DNA of 32,000 nucleotides, from positions 60,001-92,000 of the forward strand of contig NC_009929.1 in assembly GCF_000018105.1 (NCBI RefSeq). The letters run 5' to 3'. Source of the stretch: Acaryochloris marina MBIC11017. Its GTDB lineage: Bacteria; Cyanobacteriota; Cyanobacteriia; Thermosynechococcales; Thermosynechococcaceae. Under the pieces are notes generated by a model that did not search any database, had not been told where the DNA came from, and worked only from the letters and a program-made list of their open reading frames with translations. Of this stretch, positions 26,039-32,000 are shown piece by piece. The number at the start of each line of letters is the position of its first letter. The stretch's first letter is position 1. The translations under genes and the position numbers were made by a program.

Positions 26039-26314
26039 AGTTGTTAATTGCTATATATACTTATCTATTTATTTCCCTATAGTAAATAAGCTCTTGTGGA
26101 TTCTGTATCCGAAAGTTCACGGAAATCCAGTGATACAAGATGGGTCAGATCCACATCATTCTCTGGCAACACGGCTTGCTCGACCTTGAGCAACTGGGGC
26201 AAAATTTTGAGTGGCGAATGAGCAAACAGGTGGAGTCGGCTAAGCAAAAGTGTCCAGTCGGTAAAAACTTGGTGGCGAAAAACAGGTAAACGCCAGGTTA
26301 GGCATAGGTATGAA

Positions 26315-26797
26315 TTAATGCTGGATTGGGAAAAATGCAGCGGGAGATACTTTAAAAAACTCTGCCAATTCCTGTATATGCCTTGCTGTTAGCTGTCTTC
26401 GTTACTTAAAGACATCTGAGACAATTGACTCTGCCTTAAAGATAGGCACTAGATCTTTCTGCCTTAGCCCTCTCTCCTCCACTAGAACCTTCAGCAACTC
26501 GACCCCATTAATGTCAGGAATAGGTTCTAAGGTCTGCTCGTATTCCCAAACCAGTGTTCCCAAGATGTCCAGGTAGTCAGATTCATCTGAAGTGAGTTCA
26601 CGCTCTAAATCAATAAGAGCATCAATTCTATTTTGAGCAGCTTGTAGCTGGCTATCGTTATGGATGGGTCGAGGTGGGAATTCCTGTATTAATCCTTCAT
26701 AGCTAGGTGCATCATTGATTCCAAGGATCATTTTTCCATCTGCCTTTGTCATATTCGGCATGGGGTAAAACGTCAGGATGAAAACGAACAACCCCAA
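26315..26797 (-). pseudogene. HigA-like/XRE-type antitoxin-like gene interrupted by an in-frame TAA
   Basis: The tracked ORF ends at TAA 26402-26404. The same frame continues RRQLTARHIQELAEFFKVSPAAFFPIQH to TAA 26315-26317, which is the normal C-terminus of this family. The likely real start is ATG 26752 (MTKADGK). Confidence 0.65.
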
Positions 26798-26815
26798 AGA
26801 TGTTAAACGCTGGTC

Positions 26816-27136
26816 TCATATCTTAGAAGATGCTTCTTCTATGGGTTTGAAATCGATTGAAAGGCCCACTGCATTCAAGACCGCTGCCAATGTCTCCAAA
26901 GTTGGATTGCCATTACCTGATAAGAGTCGATGAAGATGTTGTCGTGTGATGTCGGCAGCCGTAGCAATATCCTTAACTTTGCCCTTGGCTTCGATCACAT
27001 TCTTGAGTGCCAACAAAAATGCTTCTGTATTGCCGTCCTCAAGGGTTTCGTCCAGAGAAACCTTTAGATATCTCGCGGCATAATCGGAATCCGAGAGTCT
27101 AATCAGTAGGTCATCTTGATAGCTTTTTACGGGCAT
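26816..27136 (-). CDS. addiction-module antidote protein, HigA-family HTH (106 aa)
   Basis: ...AFLLALKNVIEAKGKVKDIATAADITRQHLHRLLSGNGNPTLETLAAVLNAVGLSI fits the antidote family that pairs with the upstream killer protein. The intergenic gap is 3 nt. Confidence 0.8.
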   Translation of the reverse strand: MPVKSYQDDLLIRLSDSDYAARYLKVSLDETLEDGNTEAFLLALKNVIEAKGKVKDIATAADITRQHLHRLLSGNGNPTLETLAAVLNAVGLSIDFKPIEEASSKI

Positions 27137-27139
27137 CGT

Positions 27140-27478
27140 CTAAGCTCCTCCCTGTTCATCTTTGTAAGCAGCCCATAGCTTTTGTGCCGTTTTGATATCC
27201 TTATTTTGCTGTTTTTTGGACCCACCCAGGAGTAAGAGAATGATCTGCCCTTTCATCTTGCCAAAATAGAGTCGGTAGCCTGGCCCGAAAAAGAATCGCA
27301 ATTCATAGACCCCTTCTCCTAGCTGCTTGTGATCACCAAAATTTCCTAGCCTCAGTCGATCTAGTCGGACATCAATTCTTACTTGGGAGTTGGGATCAAG
27401 GTTGTCAAACCATTCATCAAAAGGGCATTGACCAGCAACCGTGACATATTTTTGAATGTCCCACTGCTGCTGATTCAT
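27140..27478 (-). CDS. type II toxin, RelE/ParE superfamily ('addiction module killer protein' type, 112 aa)
   Basis: CPFDEWFDNLD...RLDRLRLGNFGDHKQLGEGVYELRFFFGPGYRLYFG...ILLLLGGSKKQQNKDI matches the family signature as I recall it. Confidence 0.8.
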   Translation of the reverse strand: MNQQQWDIQKYVTVAGQCPFDEWFDNLDPNSQVRIDVRLDRLRLGNFGDHKQLGEGVYELRFFFGPGYRLYFGKMKGQIILLLLGGSKKQQNKDIKTAQKLWAAYKDEQGGA

Positions 27479-27677
27479 GCTATCTCCTATTTATAAGTGT
27501 CGCATAAATGTGACAGTAATAGCCATCTTCAATTTTTAGGTTGTGAACGTATCCCTGATGCCACTACCTCTCAAAATTCCTCGATAGCCTAGTGAAGCGC
27601 TAGAGGCAGACCCCAGAAATTCCTAGGATAAGTCCAAGGATAGGGCTGTAGTTTCTGATTCCTTTTCCCAGTACTTT

Positions 27678-27971
27678 CTAAGAAGTTGGGTTTCCCCCTC
27701 GACCTATTTCTCCATCTCTAGAAAGAAGATAGTCAACGGCACGTTTAAGTTGTTTTGCTTCTTCACGAGTCTCTAGCATGGCTTCAGATAACACACCCAT
27801 TTGAGCTTGTAATCCCAGTTGCCCTTCCATGAGACGTTCAAAGGCAGATTGTTGCTTTTCCTGCACTTGGAGAACACTTTCAATGGAACGTTGCTGATTG
27901 TCTTGAATATTGACCAAGCGTTCAAGCATTTGTTCAATGCGATCCAGTCGATCCGGTTGGCTAGCAGTCAT
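27678..27971 (-). CDS. coiled-coil hypothetical protein (97 aa), second gene of the XRE module
   Basis: Its start overlaps the stop of the HTH gene by 4 nt. Heptad-like, Q/E/L-rich. N-terminal motif QPDRLDRIEQMLE. Confidence 0.65.
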   Translation of the reverse strand: MTASQPDRLDRIEQMLERLVNIQDNQQRSIESVLQVQEKQQSAFERLMEGQLGLQAQMGVLSEAMLETREEAKQLKRAVDYLLSRDGEIGRGGNPTS

Positions 27972-28204
27972 ATTTGAACACCCTCAACGTCATCAGGTTC
28001 CCAGTCAATTTCAACCAAGTCAGCAATTGTTTTCAGTCCAAAGTATTTGCAAAGCTGGGTGACGGTATGGTTATCAATCCGGTCAAAATGTCCGCGATAG
28101 ATTTTTCCAACCGTAGTCGGACTAAGCCCGGTTCGAGCAGAGAGGGTTTTTTGATCAATCCCCACCTGTTCCATTAATTCTGGCAATTTAGTAATCACTT
28201 TCAT
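27968..28204 (-). CDS. XRE-family helix-turn-helix transcriptional regulator (78 aa)
   Basis: QKTLSARTGLSPTTVGKIYRG is an HTH of the Cro/C1 type. Confidence 0.8.
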   Translation of the reverse strand: MKVITKLPELMEQVGIDQKTLSARTGLSPTTVGKIYRGHFDRIDNHTVTQLCKYFGLKTIADLVEIDWEPDDVEGVQI

Positions 28205-28248
28205 AACTCCATCGTACTATCCAACGATAACACGATATCAGTTTCATG

Positions 28249-28277
28249 TTGACATGATATTAGTATCGTAGTATTAT
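28249..28277 (+). promoter_or_regulatory. near-consensus sigma-70 promoter (TTGACA, 17 nt spacer, TATTAT) overlapping an imperfect palindrome
   Basis: TTGACA at 28249-28254 and TATTAT at 28272-28277, with a spacer of exactly 17 nt. The palindrome arms 28234-28249 and 28252-28267 are 12/16 complementary and cover the -35 box. Confidence 0.5.
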
Positions 28278-28524
28278 CAGGGCATACCGAAGGAAAAGGA
28301 AAGCGCCTCAAGAAAGGCTTCCACCACAACTAAAGACCGGGCGACAGCGACCTTCCCCCAACCGCTAGCAACCACCTGAAGCTGGTGCCGCGACCGTAAG
28401 GCGATGCCCTCTAAGGCTAAAAACTAGAGACGATTCAAAAAACTTTCATTGACGAGAGCCGCTGGGATTCCGACCAAGAAAAAACAGCGGCTCTCCTAGC
28501 AAACCTACTAAGAGGTATTAGCCA

Positions 28525-28713
28525 ATGTTAACCGATACATTAACCCAAGCTTGGCAACCCTGGACTGACGCTGAGCTTTCAGAGCGTAATAAGCTAACTC
28601 CTAAGAAATGGCTCCAAGTCCCTATCCAGAATGGCTATCAGCACCAGCCTTGGGAATCTGGAGACTCTCGTCATTTCACCTCTGACACACATCCAGAAGA
28701 CACCTGGAACTAA
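28525..28713 (+). CDS. hypothetical protein (62 aa)
   Basis: AAGAGG lies about 8 nt upstream of the ATG. First ORF after the long leader. Confidence 0.5.
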   Translation: MLTDTLTQAWQPWTDAELSERNKLTPKKWLQVPIQNGYQHQPWESGDSRHFTSDTHPEDTWN

Positions 28714-28778
28714 CTCCAGGTCAAGCAAGGGGCATTTATTGCCCCTGCTTCATTACAGGAAAATCAGAGGACATAATT

Positions 28779-29123
28779 ATGGCAACTATTGAAACAACCG
28801 CACTATCCCCCATTGCCCAACTTAATGACCGATTTCGCCAAGGCGACTACACCCTAGGCCAGGTCTTCACCACTCAAGGTGTCCAGGCTCTTTCATCAGT
28901 CGTTCAACAGGAACTCTTTCGACTGGTCCGCACGTTCGATGAGTTTACCCCAGGAAATGACCCGTATGGTGAGCACAATTTTGGGTGCATAAAATTGAAT
29001 GGCGAAGTCTTCAACTTCAAAATTGATTACTTTGCCCCGGATCTGATTCATGGTTCAGAAGACCCAGGGGATTTATCCAAGACAACCAGGGTTCTGACCC
29101 TCATGCACTCCAGCGAGTACTAA
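28779..29123 (+). CDS. DUF3768-like protein (114 aa)
   Basis: LNDRFRQ...FTPGNDPYGEHNFG...FKIDYFAPDL..GSEDPGD...TTRVLTLMHSSEY is the DUF3768 pattern as I recall it. AGAGGA SD upstream. Confidence 0.75.
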   Translation: MATIETTALSPIAQLNDRFRQGDYTLGQVFTTQGVQALSSVVQQELFRLVRTFDEFTPGNDPYGEHNFGCIKLNGEVFNFKIDYFAPDLIHGSEDPGDLSKTTRVLTLMHSSEY

Positions 29124-29210
29124 CTCCGCATTTCCTCTTGTATCCTGGCTTCCGGGCTGGGGTGCTTCTCATTCTCGGTTGATACAATGACAATAACCAA
29201 GGAGCCTCTG

Positions 29211-29423
29211 ATGACAGTATCAAACCCTGATCACCTTGACCGCATTGAAGAGTTACTGACTGGCTTTGGTGAGGATCTAAATGCCCTTAAAGAGCAAACT
29301 ATTAAAACTAATGAAAGGGTGGAAATCTATCAGAAAGCTAGCCAACAGGTTGTGAATCTGGCCTTTGGCCTCATCCTTACTGCTGCGCTTGCAATCATCA
29401 TTCCGGTTATCACCAACAGCTAG
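29211..29423 (+). CDS. small protein with a C-terminal TM helix (70 aa); start moved to the SD-preceded ATG
   Basis: AAGGAG lies 6 nt upstream of ATG 29211, within tracked ORF 29187-29423. N-terminal motif NPDHLDRIEELL. C-terminal hydrophobic stretch LAFGLILTAALAIIIPVI. Confidence 0.6.
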   Translation: MTVSNPDHLDRIEELLTGFGEDLNALKEQTIKTNERVEIYQKASQQVVNLAFGLILTAALAIIIPVITNS

Positions 29424-29453
29424 CTCTTATCCCGTCACCCCAATATTTGCAAC

Positions 29454-29481
29454 GCCCTGGCTCTTTCTGCCGGGGTATTTT
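29454..29481 (+). terminator. intrinsic terminator after 29211-29423
   Basis: CCCUGGC-(7 nt)-GCCGGGG forms a stem with one U-G wobble, followed by UAUUUUG. It lies about 30 nt past the stop. Confidence 0.6.
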
Positions 29482-29775
29482 GCCATGTCCTTTTCTGAAG
29501 CTGGACCCATGTCTCCTGAAATCACATATGCCTTTGTCTGGGTTGAGGACCAAATCAGGATTCCCCGCTCCCACGGCTTGATACCAGCTTTTCTTTCCCC
29601 TGATTGGTTAAGACCTTGATTAATATGTACCCAAATTTACAACTTGATTGGGTCTATAAATGTAGTCTAAAACCTAACAATAATTAGCATTATCTAGTAT
29701 TTAAGCCTCAATACTTCATTTTTGAGTTTCTTCTCTCACCGATTGGGTTTGTCACTCGATCTTCGGTTACTCTCT

Positions 29776-29805
29776 AAAACCCCGGCATCTCCTGTCCGGG
29801 GTTTT
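29776..29805. terminator. bidirectional intrinsic terminator
   Basis: AAAACCCCGG-(10 nt)-CCGGGGUUUU is a perfect 10-bp stem flanked by A-runs and T-runs on both sides. Confidence 0.65.
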
Positions 29806-29850
29806 CCCTTTTAAATCATTGGAGGGATATCTCCAAGCCTTGCAACCCAA

Positions 29851-30036
29851 TTAAAAGTACCCCCTTCCCCAAAACCTTCTCTTTGATTTCTTATCTTTAC
29901 TAATCAGCTCCTTGGTATCCCCCATCAAGGGGCCTTTTTCATGATGCCCGGAGGCAATTCCATGAAAATCCATGTTGCTCAAATCCTGACCTGGAATGGC
30001 CGCACGTTCTAGGTGATTGATTTGCATCAGGCCCAA
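29851..30036 (-). CDS. hypothetical small protein (58-61 aa), weak call
   Basis: The only support is that its stop lies 45 nt upstream of the bidirectional terminator. No SD sequence; TTG or ATG start. Confidence 0.25.
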   Translation of the reverse strand: MGLMQINHLERAAIPGQDLSNMDFHGIASGHHEKGPLMGDTKELISKDKKSKRRFWGRGYF

Positions 30037-30267
30037 ACCCAGGAAAACCTTGGGTCGGTCATCAGGGAGTACGTGGCTGCGATGGGGGTGCGGTTAGTTT
30101 ACTGGAGTAAGGTATTGTAATCCTGGTCTCAGCGGATGCGATCACTGGCGGTTCATTTGCAATCGCATCCACCTACAAGCTAGCTCAAATCATTTCCCTT
30201 GCTTCACACCTATTAATTACCCCTGGCTTATTCGCTGGGGGTTTCGCGTATCTGGAGAAAAAATAAT

Positions 30268-30801
30268 ATGACCGTTTCAGTACCACCACCCACATTGACC
30301 TCTGAGTCTCCAAGACTTTCTCATTCTTCATTCAACCGACCGCTAGGCTTAGGTCCAAGCCCTAGTGGATTGGCAATATTCTGTAATCGGGCCAACACAA
30401 AAACTTGGTATACCCTCGATGCTAATACCCAGCCACAAGAACTGGAATACCCAGCTCTAACAGGGTACTTGGTGAGTATAGAATTTCCTCCAAAAGAATA
30501 TAGAGGCGAAAAGAGTCATAAGCTTCGATTCAAGATGCAGGCTGATCGGTTGTATACCCTGGAGGCAGGTTATAAGTCGGTGTTCGCTAAGGGATTCCTG
30601 AGTGAGATCGCAATGCTTACCCCAGAGCAACTCCGACAACCCATCACTATTGAAGCAACCCCTTCCGATCAAGAGGAAAAAGTGTTGTTTTGTTCTGTGT
30701 GGTTGGGTTCTGAGAAAGTCTACTTCCATTGGGATGACCAAACAAATTGGAAGGCGATTGCTCAAAGAGCTATGGCTAATGTGGCCGGGATAAGCGGTTA
30801 A
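30268..30801 (+). CDS. hypothetical protein (177 aa)
   Basis: GGAG about 11 nt upstream of the ATG. No family recognised. Confidence 0.65.
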   Translation: MTVSVPPPTLTSESPRLSHSSFNRPLGLGPSPSGLAIFCNRANTKTWYTLDANTQPQELEYPALTGYLVSIEFPPKEYRGEKSHKLRFKMQADRLYTLEAGYKSVFAKGFLSEIAMLTPEQLRQPITIEATPSDQEEKVLFCSVWLGSEKVYFHWDDQTNWKAIAQRAMANVAGISG

Positions 30802-31033
30802 CGACTCTCATCAGAGATATGGAAAAGGGCGACCAGGAGTGTAGTGTGTCGCCCTAAAAGAGATTGCTGTTCACAATCGCATCAGAATTTACCACGACGG
30901 CAAAATAATCCGTGTGATGTTCACAAATCTTTTGCTGTCGAACCAATAGACCAATAAAAAGGCGATTCCCTGTTAAAAGACTCGCCTTCAGTTGAAGCAA
31001 TTAATTGCTTCTGTTTCCTAGGGAGAATCTATC

Positions 31034-31411
31034 ATGCCAACCGAAACTAGAATCCCAACCCGAATCAGGCTTGGAGATTGGAACGTGCAGAAGAAAGCAG
31101 GGGCTTATGTCTTGAAGACTCCACTCATGACGCACTGCTGGAGATGCAAGCAATACCACCTTGCGATCGCAGCTCTGCCAGTAAGTAATCCCAAGCAAAC
31201 GCAATTCAAGTGGTTCTGCCAAGAATGCGCTCGTAATCTGGGTATCCAACCCAGTCAAGAACTGCTGAAGAAGTTACCGACAATGCACACCTTACATATT
31301 CAACATCGCAAGACTCAGATCAAGCGATTGCAGAATATCAGGTGGGCTGGGGTTGATTTGGAAAAATGCCATCAGGCTGCAATCGAAAATCGAACTGATG
31401 CTGTGTTCTGA
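31034..31411 (+). CDS. hypothetical Cys-pair (zinc-ribbon-like) protein (125 aa)
   Basis: GGGAG about 9 nt upstream. Cys pairs CWRC...CQEC. Its stop overlaps the next start (TGATG at 31409-31413). Confidence 0.6.
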   Translation: MPTETRIPTRIRLGDWNVQKKAGAYVLKTPLMTHCWRCKQYHLAIAALPVSNPKQTQFKWFCQECARNLGIQPSQELLKKLPTMHTLHIQHRKTQIKRLQNIRWAGVDLEKCHQAAIENRTDAVF

Positions 31412-31875
31412 TGCTTTACTCTGCCTCATACTTTGAACCTCATAACCATCATGGTTTGTTGGTATCCATTTCGCGATCTCATCCTCGATCCTTCCAGGTT
31501 GATACCAAGCTACCCTTCCTGGCTCCGTCCCAAGCACTGCTTGATGATTGGAAGCATCACCAGCTCACCGAGGCAGGATATATCGACCGATATCGTCAGG
31601 AACTCCAGCAGGCATGGCCCCAGGTAAATTCTTGGTTAGCCTCCCTTACCCCAGAGGGAGATTGCACCCTATTGTGCTGGGAAAAGACGGGCGAGTTCTG
31701 TCACCGAAACCTGGCAATGAAGGTGGTTCGCAAGCATCGACCCGATTGCTACGGTGGCCGCGATATCTCCGCTGATCCAGGGCTGCAATGCTCTAACTGC
31801 CAATCTCTAATCATTCCCGGTGTTGATCAGAGTTATTGCCCTCGCTGTGGCGAGTGGATTCCTACACCGATATAA
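31411..31875 (+). CDS. DUF488-like protein with a C-terminal zinc ribbon (154 aa)
   Basis: MLYSASY...LLVSISR..P.....LPFLAPSQALLDDWK...YIDRYRQEL...TLLCWEKTGEFCHRNL is DUF488-like. The C-terminus has CSNC...CPRC. Confidence 0.7.
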   Translation: MLYSASYFEPHNHHGLLVSISRSHPRSFQVDTKLPFLAPSQALLDDWKHHQLTEAGYIDRYRQELQQAWPQVNSWLASLTPEGDCTLLCWEKTGEFCHRNLAMKVVRKHRPDCYGGRDISADPGLQCSNCQSLIIPGVDQSYCPRCGEWIPTPI

Positions 31876-32000
31876 ATATTAGACTCAGCTACACCTCGAA
31901 TATCAAGGGCAACCCACGGCAAGAAAGTTGCCCTACTACAACGCATCAGTTTCCGCTAAGTGAAATTTACCACGTCTACTCACAGCTACATGCGGCTCCC

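Noticed and set aside
26100-26314. A minus-strand open frame (LPVFRHQVFTDWTLLLSRLHLFAHSPLKILPQLLKVEQAVLPENDVDLTHL...) just downstream of the broken antitoxin. It could be a gene remnant.
   Set aside because: There is no start codon in frame and I can name no family match. I cannot distinguish it from chance without a search.
29365-29619. An 84-aa ORF overlapping the end of 29211-29423.
   Set aside because: It reads through the intrinsic terminator at 29454-29481 and overlaps a better-supported gene.

Overview
This is a mosaic, accessory-looking 32 kb segment that reads as cyanobacterial. Three perfect HIP1 octamers GCGATCGC occur at 88-95, 19262-19269 and 31163-31170, where about 0.5 would be expected for a random 8-mer. 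There is a cyAbrB-type regulator, and many genes lack a Shine-Dalgarno sequence. The gene content looks plasmid- or island-like rather than core: an extra sigma-70 factor, a type IA topoisomerase, Hsp20, toxin-antitoxin modules, DUF3768, DUF488 and DUF4259.

The most interesting part is a visibly AT-rich block at about 5420-14150. By hand count, single 60-nt lines there have 13/60 and 21/60 GC, against 34/60 in the topoisomerase gene. The block holds two convergent STAND-type NTPase genes:
- a ~1341-aa gene for a Cap4/DUF4297-like nuclease plus P-loop NTPase plus a large unknown C-terminal region. It is cleanly split by an IS1-family element with 23-bp inverted repeats and an 8-bp target duplication, and the reading frame is restored exactly on in-silico excision.
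- a NACHT NTPase whose C-terminal third is an array of GxxxG glycine-zipper transmembrane repeats.

I read this as a candidate, partly decayed antiviral defence island.

Other notable items:
- a 1213-aa ORF built from four copies of an unrecognised module, preceded by four copies of a palindromic ~20-30 bp motif
- a gene needing a +1 frameshift
- a 22-bp perfect inverted repeat at the island boundary
- a tightly coupled three-gene operon ending in a minimal GIY-YIG nuclease
- a RelE/ParE-HigA pair followed by a second antitoxin-like gene carrying an in-frame TAA
- a near-consensus promoter feeding a ~240-nt structured leader or possible ncRNA upstream of a DUF3768 operon

I recognised no rRNA, tRNA or CRISPR array. 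All family assignments come from motif recognition by eye; no database search was possible.
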